Source: Longimicrobiales bacterium (GTDB lineage: Bacteria > Gemmatimonadota > Gemmatimonadetes > Longimicrobiales > Gaopeijiaceae). Taken from it: a stretch of DNA of 64,000 bases. The DNA lies in the NCBI GenBank assembly GCA_965249725.1, contig CBDFMQ010000002.1, positions 1,440,001 through 1,504,000 of the forward strand. Reading direction: 5' to 3'. The translations under genes were made by a program, and so were the position numbers. Under the pieces are notes generated by a model. That model did no database searches, had not been told where the DNA came from, and saw only the letters and a program-made list of their open reading frames with translations. Shown here in pieces: positions 49,734 to 59,860 of this stretch (its first letter is position 1; every line of letters begins with the position of its first letter).

Positions 49734-50887
49734 GCCGTGGCCTCTCGCCGGGGACCGGGGAGGAGACGGAGCATTTCGGTGACCATGTCCGCCGTCGCCC
49801 CCGGGTAGCTCCGCGCCAGGGCCGCCTGGCTCATGCGTTCGAGCCGACCTTGGTCGCCGGCCACCTCCACCACCGCCTGCCACAACCCTGCGGATGTGAG
49901 ATCCGCCTGCCTCAAGTGGACCGCCGCGCCCGATTCGTTCAGCGCCCGAGCGTTGAACTCCTGATGATTGGCAGCCGCGGTCGGAAGCGGCACCAGAATG
50001 GCCGGCACACCCCAGGCCAGTAGCTCGGCCGTGGTCATGGCCCCCGCTCGGCTCACGGCCAGATCGGTGATGCTCAGTACGGACGGAATGTCCTCGATAT
50101 AGGGAACGGCCCGCACCCTCGGCGGAGTGCCCATCTCGGAGAGAGCGCCCTCGACAGCCGCATGGTGGCCGGGGCCGGTCGCCCAAAGGACCTGCCAACC
50201 GTCGAGAGTGAGGCCCCCCTCGGTGGCCATCGTTCGGTATGCATCCTCGACCAGCGCATTGATGGCCGCGGAGCCCTGGCTGCCTCCCACCACGAGCAGA
50301 ACCCTGAGCTCGGGATCGAGACCGAAGCGCTCGCACACGGCCTGCCGCTCGGGCCGTTGATCGGGGAGCGGTCGGATCGGACACCCCGACACGTACACGG
50401 AGTCCCTTGTGCCAGCCGGCAGGTGTGCCTCGGCCTCGGGGAACGCCAGATGTACCTGGGCGGCCCACCGTGAGAGAAGGCGCGTGGTCGCACCCGGCCA
50501 GGCGTTCTGCTCCTGGAGAACCAGGGGGATGCCCGACATCGCCGCCGCGAATCCCGCGGGCGCACCGGCGTATCCACCGGTCACCACGACAAGCTCCGGG
50601 TCGAGTCGGCGAAGGACCTTGAGTGTGATAGCGACGGACTGAACCAGTGCCCACGGGACGCCCAGGTTGGACCAAGTCCGACCCCGGTCGAGGCCACGGA
50701 CCGGGAGGAGACGGTGCTCCAGCTGCCGCTCCGGGAGCACGCGGGCTTCGAGGCCCCTTCGCGCACCGAGGAAATACGGATGAGTGCCAGGCCGCTGCCG
50801 TACGAATTCGTCGGCCAGAGCCAGGGCCGGATAGAGGTGTCCACCGGTACCACCACCCGCGAAGACCGCGACGGAACGCTCATGCAC
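49730..50887 (-). CDS. murG: Lipid II GlcNAc transferase
   Basis: GGGTGGHLYP, TGGY, EQN, GGSQG, SRAGA, HQEFNA. Confidence 0.97.
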   Translation of the reverse strand: MHERSVAVFAGGGTGGHLYPALALADEFVRQRPGTHPYFLGARRGLEARVLPERQLEHRLLPVRGLDRGRTWSNLGVPWALVQSVAITLKVLRRLDPELVVVTGGYAGAPAGFAAAMSGIPLVLQEQNAWPGATTRLLSRWAAQVHLAFPEAEAHLPAGTRDSVYVSGCPIRPLPDQRPERQAVCERFGLDPELRVLLVVGGSQGSAAINALVEDAYRTMATEGGLTLDGWQVLWATGPGHHAAVEGALSEMGTPPRVRAVPYIEDIPSVLSITDLAVSRAGAMTTAELLAWGVPAILVPLPTAAANHQEFNARALNESGAAVHLRQADLTSAGLWQAVVEVAGDQGRLERMSQAALARSYPGATADMVTEMLRLLPGPRREATA

Positions 50888-52064
50888 GGGCGCTCCTTCC
50901 GGCTGGAATGGGCCGTTCACACGCTCGAGAGATACTCATGAGGATCCCAAGAGCCGCCAGGGTGACCAAGAGGTTCGATCGACCGTAGGAGACCAAAGGA
51001 AGAGCCAAGCCGGTGGGTGGCACCAGGCTGAGTCCGACCGACATGTGCAGGATCGCCTGTAGGGCGATCATGCTGGTGATGCCCGTGGCGAGAAGCTGCC
51101 CGAATAGGTCGGGGGCCCGCGCCGCGATACGGTAGCCCAGCAGCACCAGGAGCATGTACAGCACCACCGTCACGATCACGCCGACGAGGCCCCACTCCTC
51201 GCCGATCATGGCAAAGATGAAGTCGTTGTGGGCCTCCGGCAGGAAGCCGAGCTTCTGCCGCCCCTGTCCGAATCCCACGCCGGCGATGCCCCCGGAACCC
51301 AGAGCCAGGAGCGACTGATGCACCTGGAAGCCGGCGCCGGCGGGATCGGCCGAAGGATCGAGGAAGGCCATGATCCGCTCGGCTCGAAAGGACACGGTGA
51401 GCTGGCGCCAAAGCACGGGCAGAGCGAAGAGCCCGAGGAACGCGAAGTGGGCCACCCGTGCTCCGGCGGCGTACACCACCACACACCCCAGAAGCCCAAT
51501 CAGGAAGGCCGTCGAGAGGTCGGGTTCCAGGGCGATGGGCAGCATGATGGCCGCCCACACCACCAGGAAGGGCACCAGACCTCGCTTCAGGCTCTGGAAA
51601 TGCTCCTGTTTACGCACGGCCAACGAAGCCGTCCACACGAGGACCGCCACCTTCGCGAGTTCGGAGGGCTGGAGTGTCACGCCGACACGCAGCCACCGAC
51701 GAGCGCCGTTGATCTCGGGAGCGATGGCCTCGGTCCCGGGAATCACGATGACGACGAGCAGCAACCAGGCCAGGACAATCATCGGCCACGCCAGGCGCTG
51801 CCAGAAGTCGTGCGGAAGCCAGGCACAGAGGCCCAATACGCTCAGGCCGACGGCGGCTCCGGTCGCCTGCCGCAGCACGTAGTAGTAGTCCGGCAGCATC
51901 TGACGCTGAGCGAGGAACGCACTGGCCGAGTAGAGCGTTACCAGCCCCAGCGACAGAAGAACCACGGTGAGGGTCATGATGGCGCCGGCCTCCCACCCTC
52001 TTCCCAAGCCGGTGATCGGCAGGGCGAGGGGGCCGGACGGAGCGACGTCTACGGGGCGAGCCAT
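50880..52064 (-). CDS. ftsW: SEDS peptidoglycan polymerase FtsW
   Basis: NGARRW, QPSELAK, EPDL, LPEAHNDFIF, LPLVSYG. Confidence 0.97.
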   Translation of the reverse strand: MARPVDVAPSGPLALPITGLGRGWEAGAIMTLTVVLLSLGLVTLYSASAFLAQRQMLPDYYYVLRQATGAAVGLSVLGLCAWLPHDFWQRLAWPMIVLAWLLLVVIVIPGTEAIAPEINGARRWLRVGVTLQPSELAKVAVLVWTASLAVRKQEHFQSLKRGLVPFLVVWAAIMLPIALEPDLSTAFLIGLLGCVVVYAAGARVAHFAFLGLFALPVLWRQLTVSFRAERIMAFLDPSADPAGAGFQVHQSLLALGSGGIAGVGFGQGRQKLGFLPEAHNDFIFAMIGEEWGLVGVIVTVVLYMLLVLLGYRIAARAPDLFGQLLATGITSMIALQAILHMSVGLSLVPPTGLALPLVSYGRSNLLVTLAALGILMSISRACERPIPAGRSARA

Positions 52065-53464
52065 TAGCCGGTCTCCTCCGTCGCGAGGGCCCCGGCCAAC
52101 TCGGTGAATCGCCGCCCGCGCTCCTCGTAGTCCTCGAACATGTCGAAGCTCGAGCACGCCGGAGAGAGGAGCACCACGTCTCCGGGGTGCGCCGCGGCTG
52201 CGGCGGCCTCGATCACGTGGTCGAAGTCGCCTTCGATGAGTTCGACCTGTACACGCTCCGAGAGGCTCTGCTCGATGCGGGGACCAGCCTCACCGTACGC
52301 GAGCACGCGTGCATCGGCCTCTACGAGGGCAGACGCCAGCGGCGAGAAGTCCTCATCTTTGTCCTTGCCGCCCAACAGGACGATGAGCGGCCCTTCCAAG
52401 CTGGTGATCGCCCGGCGAGCCGCAGCCACATTGGTGGCCTTGGAGTCGTTCACCCAGCGGATCCCTTTGCCTTCCGCCACCTGTTCCGTGCGGTGGGGCA
52501 ACGAGCGGGCGGTGGCCAGACCGCGTTGGATGGCAGCCGTCGACGCCTGTGCCAAGCTGGCGACGATGGCCGCGGCGAGGGCGTTCTCGACGTTGTGAGC
52601 ACCCAACAGCCCGAGCCGGTCGACCGGGATGAGGATCTCTTTCTCCCCCGGCACCATCTCGAGAGTCAGGTCGTCTCTATCGAGATAGGCTCCGCGCACA
52701 TCAGTATTCTTCGTGCTGAAGCCAAAGCGCTCTCCCGGTACCTCGGCGGCCAGTTTCCGCACGGCCCCGTCGTCGTCGTTGAGGACCCAGCGGCTGTCCT
52801 CATCGGCGTTGCGGAAGAGGTTGGCCTTGTCCGAGTAGTACTCCTCTACGGACGAGTACCGGTCCAGGTGGTCCGGAGCCAGGTTCGTCACCACCCCGAT
52901 GTCGGCTCGGAGCCGATCGATGCCGGCAAGCTGGAACGAGCTCATCTCCACCACGTACCACGCCGGACCATGTTCCCGAAGCGCCAGCTCCGAGGCCGCG
53001 GGTCCGAAAGCCTGGCCGATATTGCCGCCGAGGGCCACGTCCTGCCCATCGCTCTCGAGCAGGTGTGCAACCAGTGCCGCGGTCGTGGTCTTGCCGTTCG
53101 TTCCGGTCACGACGATTAGTGGACCATCGAAGAAGCGAAAGGCGAACTCAGGCTCAGAGATCCATCGTACGCCCCGTTCAGAGAGCCCCCTGAGGACGGG
53201 AGCATCCGGGGGGATGCCTGGACTGACGACGACGGTCTCAGCCGCGGCGATTCGGTCCATGGGATGCTCGCCGAGATCGACCTCGACTCCGAGACCTCTG
53301 AGCTCGTCTCCACGAGCATGAGCTGTGGAGTCGCTGCGCAAATCCGAGACATGAACTCTACCTCCCTTTTCGAGTGCCAACCGAGCCGCCGCCCTGCCGG
53401 ACGCGGCCAAACCCACCACGGCGATCTCCTCGCCGTGCAAACCGTCAGACGTACCGTTTCTCAT
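52064..53464 (-). CDS. murD: UDP-MurNAc-L-Ala--D-glutamate ligase
   Basis: VSPGIP, TGTNGKTTT, EMSSFQL, NDSKATN, LSPACSSFDMF. Confidence 0.97.
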   Translation of the reverse strand: MRNGTSDGLHGEEIAVVGLAASGRAAARLALEKGGRVHVSDLRSDSTAHARGDELRGLGVEVDLGEHPMDRIAAAETVVVSPGIPPDAPVLRGLSERGVRWISEPEFAFRFFDGPLIVVTGTNGKTTTAALVAHLLESDGQDVALGGNIGQAFGPAASELALREHGPAWYVVEMSSFQLAGIDRLRADIGVVTNLAPDHLDRYSSVEEYYSDKANLFRNADEDSRWVLNDDDGAVRKLAAEVPGERFGFSTKNTDVRGAYLDRDDLTLEMVPGEKEILIPVDRLGLLGAHNVENALAAAIVASLAQASTAAIQRGLATARSLPHRTEQVAEGKGIRWVNDSKATNVAAARRAITSLEGPLIVLLGGKDKDEDFSPLASALVEADARVLAYGEAGPRIEQSLSERVQVELIEGDFDHVIEAAAAAAHPGDVVLLSPACSSFDMFEDYEERGRRFTELAGALATEETG

Positions 53465-54567
53465 CTGATCTTCAGGGCGCTGAACGCGACCATCGCGGAC
53501 AGAATTCCCATGATCCAAAACCGCACGACCACCTTGCTTTCAGGCCAACCCAACTGCTCGAAGTGGTGGTGTATCGGAGCCATCTTGAAGAGCCTCTTCC
53601 CCGCCCCGTACTTGCGTGCCGTATGCCGGAAGTAACCGACCTGGAGCATCACCGAGACGACCTCGACGACGAACACGGCACCCACGATTACCAAGAGGAA
53701 CTCGGCCTTGAGCAGAATCGCCATGGCGCCGATCACACCGCCGAGCGCCAGCGATCCCGTGTCACCCATGAACACCTCGGCCGGGTGGCCGTTGTACCAC
53801 AAGAAGCCCAAACAACCGCCCGTGAGACCGAGGGCCAGGATCGTGAGCTCGCCCGCCCCGGGGAGGTAGAACAACCCCAGGTACGCCGAGCTGTCGACCC
53901 GACCCAGGAGGTATGCAAAGATCCCGAACGTGGCCGCGGCGATGGCGGTCAGGCCGGCCGCTAGGCCGTCCAGGCCGTCCGTGATGTTCACCGCGTTGGA
54001 GCTCCCCGAGATCACGAACGCCACGAAGGGCACGTAGGCCCACGGAGCGAACACGAGGGAGAGATCCGAGAAGAAGGGCAGCATCGTCCGGTTCGGATCC
54101 ACCGGAGAGATCGGGTGCAGCAGCAGGAACAGCCCAAGCGCGAGGCCGAACGCCCATTGGCCCGTCATCTTGTAACGCGCCACCAGGCCGGCCGTGCGTC
54201 CCTGGACCACCTTGAGGTAGTCGTCCATGAAGCCGATGGCGCCCATGGCCACCAGCGTCAGGAGGGCGAGCACCGTGTACCAGTTCGTGAGCTCCGCCCA
54301 GAGCAGCGTCGAGAGCACCGTAGCCATGAGGATCAGAACACCCCCCATGGTCGGCGTGCCGGCCTTCTCGAGGTGGGTCGCCGGACCTTCGCTCCGAACG
54401 ACCTGCCCGACACGGAGTCGCGTGAGAGCACGGATGGTGGCCGGCCCCAACACGAAGGCGAGGACCAGGGAGGTGACGAGAGCGCCCGCCGCCCTGAAGG
54501 TGATGAAGCGGAAGAGGTTGAAGACGATGTGGACGTCGGCCAAACCCGGAAGCAGATGATAGAGCAT
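53461..54567 (-). CDS. mraY: Phospho-MurNAc-pentapeptide transferase
   Basis: KAGTPTMGG, DDYLK, NAVNITDGLDGL, FMGDTGS, MAPIHHHFE. Confidence 0.98.
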   Translation of the reverse strand: MLYHLLPGLADVHIVFNLFRFITFRAAGALVTSLVLAFVLGPATIRALTRLRVGQVVRSEGPATHLEKAGTPTMGGVLILMATVLSTLLWAELTNWYTVLALLTLVAMGAIGFMDDYLKVVQGRTAGLVARYKMTGQWAFGLALGLFLLLHPISPVDPNRTMLPFFSDLSLVFAPWAYVPFVAFVISGSSNAVNITDGLDGLAAGLTAIAAATFGIFAYLLGRVDSSAYLGLFYLPGAGELTILALGLTGGCLGFLWYNGHPAEVFMGDTGSLALGGVIGAMAILLKAEFLLVIVGAVFVVEVVSVMLQVGYFRHTARKYGAGKRLFKMAPIHHHFEQLGWPESKVVVRFWIMGILSAMVAFSALKIR

Positions 54568-56042
54568 CAGGCCTCCAACCCGCCCGATGCCGGCACGACA
54601 CCGAAGTCCCGACCGAAGTCCCGACCGAAGTCCCGACCGAAGTCCCGCTCGAAAAAGGGAATCACACGCTCCAAAGCGAAGCCGCGCGAAGCCTTGATCA
54701 GAACCACCTCGTCTCCCTGCAGTCGGCCCCTGAGCTCTTCGTAGGCTTCGAGCGGGTCCACCGAGACGATGGCCGAGGTGCTGCCGGTCGACGGGGACAT
54801 CCGCTCCGCGGCACCGGCGAAGTCGCCGGTCGCCACCAGCAGATTCACCTTCATGGTCGCGGCATCGGCGAGAAGGGCCTCGTGGATCTCCTCGCTGCGG
54901 CCGCCCAGCTCCAGCATGCTGCCGAGGAAGGCCACCTTGGTGCGCTCGGGCTCGATGGCCAGCAGAAGATCAAGCGCGGCTCGCGTGCTCTGCGGGTTCG
55001 CGTTGTAGCAGTCCAGAAGCAGGGTCAATCCGCCCAACTGTCGGATCTCACCCCGCATGGATCCCGCCTTGAGGGCACTGACACCCCTGGCCGCGTCCGC
55101 GGCCGGGACGTCCAGCAAGTCCGCCACGGTCAGGGCGAGCAGCGCGTTGCTCACGGAATGGCGTCCCGGAACCCTCAAGTGGACCGGCTCACCCCGCCAC
55201 AGGAAGCTCCAATAGCCCCGGCCGTCCATCGTCGCAGCGTCGGGCTGGAGGTCGGGATCGGCCGCGTCACCCCACCCGGCCACCCGGACCTGAGGAAACA
55301 CTGTGCGGGCTTCCGAGGGCAGGATCGGCGGATCGTCACCCACCACGGCGCTCCCGTCGGCCGGAAGCCCGCGGAGCAGGTCCAGCTTCTCACCGAGCAC
55401 GCCCTCCAAGGATCCGAGCTTCTCGATGTGCGTCTCGGAGACCGTCGTAACGACGCCGATCGCCGGTGCGGCGATCTCGGTGAGGGCGCGGATCTCCCCG
55501 GGCTCGTTGGTGCCCATCTCCAGCACCACGACTTCGACGTCGTCCGGCGCGTCGAGCAGGGTGAGGGGCAAGCCCACTCGGTTGTTGAAGTTGCCACGGG
55601 TAGCATGGAGCTTCCGCGATCCCTCGAGGGCGGCCTGCGTGAGGTCCTTCGTGCCCGTCTTCCCCGATGATCCGGTGATGCCCACCACCGTGGCGCTCAG
55701 GTGTGTCCGACGGTACCCGGCCAGGCGGCCCAACGCCTCTAGCGTGTCATCGACCGGATAGACTTTGGCGTCGCCCTGCACATCGATGTGCCGCGAAACG
55801 ACGGCCCCAGTCGCACCTCGCTCGAGGGCCGCGGTCACATAGTCGTGACCGTCGAAGTTGTCGCCTTCCAGGGCCACGAAGAGGTGCCCGTGGCCCGCGG
55901 TGCGGCTGTCGGTCGTCACTCCCGTGAAGCGTACGGGGTCGTTGCCCCCGCCAGAGCCGCCCACAGAGGCCGAGGCGTCCACCCCGGGTAGGCCCAGCGC
56001 CGCTCTCACGTGGCCGTCGGTCCAAGCGAAGCCGCCGGTCAT
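54567..56042 (-). CDS. murF: UDP-MurNAc-tripeptide--D-Ala-D-Ala ligase
   Basis: DSR, FDGHDY, GITGSSGKT, NFNNRVGLP, DCYNANP, MLELG, KASRG. Confidence 0.97.
   Translation of the reverse strand: MTGGFAWTDGHVRAALGLPGVDASASVGGSGGGNDPVRFTGVTTDSRTAGHGHLFVALEGDNFDGHDYVTAALERGATGAVVSRHIDVQGDAKVYPVDDTLEALGRLAGYRRTHLSATVVGITGSSGKTGTKDLTQAALEGSRKLHATRGNFNNRVGLPLTLLDAPDDVEVVVLEMGTNEPGEIRALTEIAAPAIGVVTTVSETHIEKLGSLEGVLGEKLDLLRGLPADGSAVVGDDPPILPSEARTVFPQVRVAGWGDAADPDLQPDAATMDGRGYWSFLWRGEPVHLRVPGRHSVSNALLALTVADLLDVPAADAARGVSALKAGSMRGEIRQLGGLTLLLDCYNANPQSTRAALDLLLAIEPERTKVAFLGSMLELGGRSEEIHEALLADAATMKVNLLVATGDFAGAAERMSPSTGSTSAIVSVDPLEAYEELRGRLQGDEVVLIKASRGFALERVIPFFERDFGRDFGRDFGRDFGVVPASGGLEA
54601..54648. 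repeat. 12-bp in-frame tandem repeat x4 encoding RDFG at the MurF C-terminus
   Basis: ccgaagtcccga x3 plus ccgaagtcccgc. Confidence 0.92.
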
Positions 56043-57526
56043 GCAGCACCCCCGAGCTCGGCCAGACGCTCCTGGACAACCCGACGCTCATCGAAGGGCC
56101 GGCTCTCGGTGCCGATCACCTGATAGCTCTCGTGGCCCTTACCGGCGAGAAGAACCAAGTCACCGTCTCGGGCGGCGGCCAGCGCCATGCTGATGGCCTC
56201 TCGGCGGTCGGCGTGACGCTGATGACTGGAGCCCGACATCCCGGCGACGACCTCATCGATGATCGACTCGGGATCTTCCGTCCGTGGATTGTCGGACGTG
56301 ACGACCGCCAGGTCCGCGCCTTGGGCAACGGCCGCACCCATCTCGGGGCGCTTGCCCCGGTCCCGATCACCGCCGGCGCCGAACACCACGATGATCCGGC
56401 CGCTCACCAGCGGTCTGAGCGTGGCCAGCACGCTGCGCAGCGCCTCTGCGGTATGGGCGAAGTCGATGAGGATGGAGTATGGCTCCCGGGCCACGATCTC
56501 GAGTCGCCCCGGGACCTGCGGAACGGTCGCCAGCCGCGCGGCGATCGCCTCCACGTCCATCCCTGCCGCCGTCCCCGCGCCCGCCGCGGCCAACGAGTTC
56601 TCTACGTTGAAACGGCCGAGGAGCGGGAGGTTCACCTCTGCCGCTCCCTCATCCGCCAGGGTGATGCGGAAGCGGGTCCCGTGTGCTTCGGGTGCCAGCG
56701 CCTCCGCCCTGAGCTCGGCGGGAGAGTCCACACCGTAGGTCAACGTGCGGCGGCCCTCCAAGGGCAACGAGCGCCAGTCAGCGACGTCCGCGTTGACCAC
56801 CGTGAGTCCCTCGTCCTTCATCAGATCCAGAAGGTGCGCTTTGGCCCCGAAGTAGCTCGCCATGTCCGGGTGGTAGTCCAGGTGATCCTGGGAGAGGTTG
56901 GTGAAGACGGTCGCGTCGAAGCGCATGCCGTCGAGCCGCTGCTGCTCCAGAGCGTGAGAGGAGGCCTCCACCGCAACCGAGTCGACCCCGTCGTCTGCGA
57001 GCGAGCCGAGCCAGTGCGACAACTGCACGGGCCCTGGGGTCGTGAGCCCCTCTGTGCCGGCGCGAACGGAACCGTCTGAATCCACCAAGCCGAGCGTGCC
57101 CACGGCGGCCGCGGATCCAGACTCGTCGAGGAGGTGCCGGGTGATGAGGGCTGTGGTCGTCTTCCCATTGGTTCCGGTGATGCCGACCGTGAAGAGGCGC
57201 TCCCAAGGGGACCCCAGAACCGTGTCAGCGGCCAGGGCCGCCGCGCGACGTCCGTCCGACACCTGAAGCTGAGGGATGCCGGCCTCCGGCACGTGGCGCT
57301 CGACCACTGCCGCTACGGCCCCCGCTCGGGCGGCCGGCGCGACAAAGTCGTGGGCGTCCCACTCGGACCCACGCCATGCCAGGAACAGATCCCCCTCCTG
57401 GACGGAGCGGGAGTCTTGGGATACTCCTGAAACGGCGACGTCCTCCGGACCGTGGAGCTCATCGATGAGACCCGCAGTCCGGAGGACTCTCGCGACCGAC
57501 GCGAGGGTGGTGGGAGCGTTAGCCAT
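56039..57526 (-). CDS. murE: UDP-MurNAc-dipeptide--meso-DAP ligase
   Basis: TGTNGKTT, EASSH, DHLDYH, DFAHT, DNPR (meso-DAP signature), AGKGHE. Confidence 0.97.
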   Translation of the reverse strand: MANAPTTLASVARVLRTAGLIDELHGPEDVAVSGVSQDSRSVQEGDLFLAWRGSEWDAHDFVAPAARAGAVAAVVERHVPEAGIPQLQVSDGRRAAALAADTVLGSPWERLFTVGITGTNGKTTTALITRHLLDESGSAAAVGTLGLVDSDGSVRAGTEGLTTPGPVQLSHWLGSLADDGVDSVAVEASSHALEQQRLDGMRFDATVFTNLSQDHLDYHPDMASYFGAKAHLLDLMKDEGLTVVNADVADWRSLPLEGRRTLTYGVDSPAELRAEALAPEAHGTRFRITLADEGAAEVNLPLLGRFNVENSLAAAGAGTAAGMDVEAIAARLATVPQVPGRLEIVAREPYSILIDFAHTAEALRSVLATLRPLVSGRIIVVFGAGGDRDRGKRPEMGAAVAQGADLAVVTSDNPRTEDPESIIDEVVAGMSGSSHQRHADRREAISMALAAARDGDLVLLAGKGHESYQVIGTESRPFDERRVVQERLAELGGAA

Positions 57527-59561
57527 CTCCCCTCCGTCCCCTCGACGAGAGGTTCACCGTGTCTCCAGGTGACAATCGTGAGCCGGGTTCGGGAACGGTG
57601 AGCGTCACAGGACCCGATCCCTCCCAGCGGACCCGCAGACCCAGTTCATGCATCCGCCTCACGGCCGCCCTGGCAGGCAGGCCCGTGACGTCGGGCACAC
57701 TGATGACGGGGGCACCGGCAGATGACTCGTCCAACTCGCTAGAGGTGTCCCGATCCCGACGGGGGGCCGGGAAGGCATCTTCCGTGGGAGGGAGAGACGC
57801 GAACCGCGTCGGTGCCTTCGCCCCTTCGGTCGGATCGACGGCCGGCGCGGCCTCGGCTCCCTCCGGAAGGGCCTGCGCCCGTGCGACCTGAGCGAGTGCG
57901 TTTCGGTTCAGCGGCGTCTGCTGAGCCGCCAGGATCGCCTGGAGCGTGGTCCGTGTCACCGGGGCTGCGGTGGATCCTCCGTAGTAGGCACCCGTCGGTC
58001 GGTCGAGCTTCACCAGAACCACCAACTGCGGATCCTCGGCCGGGAAGAAGCCGGCGAAGGAGGAGAAGTAGTCACCCGACTGATATCCGCCGTCCGACCA
58101 GGCGCGGCTCGTTCCGCTCTTTCCGGCCACCGCGAAGGTCCCGAGTCGAGCGCGAGTCCCGGTCCCGTCCTCGACCACCTTGACGAGCACCTCGGTGATC
58201 TGCCGCGTCACCTCAGGCGACACGACCTGTCTCACCATGCGGGGCTCGAAGCGCTCGACGGTCCGGCCTCTCGCGTCGCGCACCTCCTTTACTAGCCGGG
58301 GCTGCATCAGCCGGCCACCGTTGGCCAACGCACCATACGCCATCGCCATCTGCAGAGGCGTCACCGACACCTCGTACCCGATGGCGAGAGAGACCGGGGA
58401 CTGCCGGCTCCATCGCTCTGGGCGCCGGAGAGTGCCCCTGACCTCGCCGGGTAATCCGACGCCGGTGGGCGCTCCCAGTCCGAAGTCCCTCAGCGTCTGG
58501 TACTGGAGCGCCGGGGGCATGACCTGACCGGCCTTGGCCACGCCGACGTTCGAGGAGATCTCGAGGGCGTGCGCCAGAGTCATCGCTCCACCCTGCGGGT
58601 GCACGTCACTGACGGTCCGACCCTCCACCGTCCAGTGGCCGGTCTCGGTGTCGACGCTGTCCTCGAGGGCCGCGAGATCGTGCTGGAGAAGCCCCGCGAC
58701 CGTGAAGGGCTTCAGGGTCGAGCCGGGCTCGTAGGATGTGTTGATGGCCGAAAGGGAGTTCGTGGACCCATCTCGTATGGAAACCATCGCAAGGACGTCG
58801 CCGGTGCTCGGGTCCGTAATCACCAGATCACCGCCCTGTGCCTCGGTCTCCTCCACAGCTTCGACGAGAGCCTTGCGGCCGATCTCCTGTAGATCCACGT
58901 CCAGGGTGAGCACGACCTGTCCACCCTCCTCGGGTCGCTCGACCAGAACACTCTCGCCCGGAATCGGCTTGCCGAGGGGATCACGCGCCAGCACGGCACT
59001 TCCCTCGCTGCCGCGAAGCGACGCGTCGAAGGCCTGCTCCACTCCACCGTGCGCCTCGCCGTCACGAATCACTCCCAGGAGGGCGCGTGCCAGGTCGCCG
59101 CGCGGGTAGAAGCGGCGATGCTCCCTCTCCAGATAGAGGCCGCGGACGTCCGCCAGCGCCTCTCGCACGGAAGGGGGATAGGACTTCGGTAGGACCCGCC
59201 ATGGCCGTGTCGAGGTCGTGGCGTCGCGGACCACGTTACGGTCGAGCCCCAAGGTCTCGGTCAGGAGGCGCGTGACGCCCTCCACGTCGCGAAGCTCGTG
59301 CGGGGCGACGCTCACCTTGAACGTCTCCCTGCTCAGAGCGAGCTCGACGCCGGACCGGTCGAAGACCGATCCCCGCGCAGCCGGCACTTCGACGCTGGTG
59401 CGATGCTGCTGTTCGGCCTGCTGCCGCCAGGTGGCTCCCTGAGCGACCTGGATCTGCGAGGCTCGTCCGATCACGACACCTCCCGAGAGCAGCCAAGCGC
59501 TCAGAAGCACCCGACGCCGGAAGGTCACCTTCGAGCGCGCCCGCTTGCGTCGCCGCCTCAT
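57519..59561 (-). CDS. ftsI: Class B PBP FtsI with C-terminal PASTA domain
   Basis: ARGSVFDR, RFYP, EPGSTLK (SxxK), SSN, KSGT, VPDVTG PASTA. Confidence 0.95.
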   Translation of the reverse strand: MRRRRKRARSKVTFRRRVLLSAWLLSGGVVIGRASQIQVAQGATWRQQAEQQHRTSVEVPAARGSVFDRSGVELALSRETFKVSVAPHELRDVEGVTRLLTETLGLDRNVVRDATTSTRPWRVLPKSYPPSVREALADVRGLYLEREHRRFYPRGDLARALLGVIRDGEAHGGVEQAFDASLRGSEGSAVLARDPLGKPIPGESVLVERPEEGGQVVLTLDVDLQEIGRKALVEAVEETEAQGGDLVITDPSTGDVLAMVSIRDGSTNSLSAINTSYEPGSTLKPFTVAGLLQHDLAALEDSVDTETGHWTVEGRTVSDVHPQGGAMTLAHALEISSNVGVAKAGQVMPPALQYQTLRDFGLGAPTGVGLPGEVRGTLRRPERWSRQSPVSLAIGYEVSVTPLQMAMAYGALANGGRLMQPRLVKEVRDARGRTVERFEPRMVRQVVSPEVTRQITEVLVKVVEDGTGTRARLGTFAVAGKSGTSRAWSDGGYQSGDYFSSFAGFFPAEDPQLVVLVKLDRPTGAYYGGSTAAPVTRTTLQAILAAQQTPLNRNALAQVARAQALPEGAEAAPAVDPTEGAKAPTRFASLPPTEDAFPAPRRDRDTSSELDESSAGAPVISVPDVTGLPARAAVRRMHELGLRVRWEGSGPVTLTVPEPGSRLSPGDTVNLSSRGRRGDG

Positions 59562-59860
59562 GGGGCCCTACCGCTCAGAAGGACCATCTCGGACGCATCC
59601 GGCTGGTGCATGCCCAAGCGTTCAGCCGCTATGGTCGACACGCGCGTCCGACTCTCGAGGCGCTGGATCCTCCGCTCGAGCTCGGTCTGCTCGGACCGGG
59701 CCAGAGACGACTCGCGCTGCACCTCGTCCAAGGCCGCCAGGGCCTCGAAGGCCCTGCTCTGACGCCAGGTCACCAGGCTCAGAGAGGCGAGAAGCCCGGC
59801 GAACCCGAGGGCGAGCAGGCTGGGAGTGCCCCAGCTGCGCTGCCGGCGGCGGCGCCTCAA
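59558..59860 (-). CDS. ftsL: Cell division protein FtsL
   Basis: Basic N-terminus, TM, coiled coil, AAERLGM; between rsmH and ftsI; TTGA overlap with the rsmH stop. Confidence 0.85.
   Translation of the reverse strand: MRRRRRQRSWGTPSLLALGFAGLLASLSLVTWRQSRAFEALAALDEVQRESSLARSEQTELERRIQRLESRTRVSTIAAERLGMHQPDASEMVLLSGRAP

Noticed and set aside
49734..50675. Apparent 790-aa MurC with a long N-terminal extension
   Set aside because: The extension is an alternative frame overlapping murG; the real start is the ATGA overlap at 49733.
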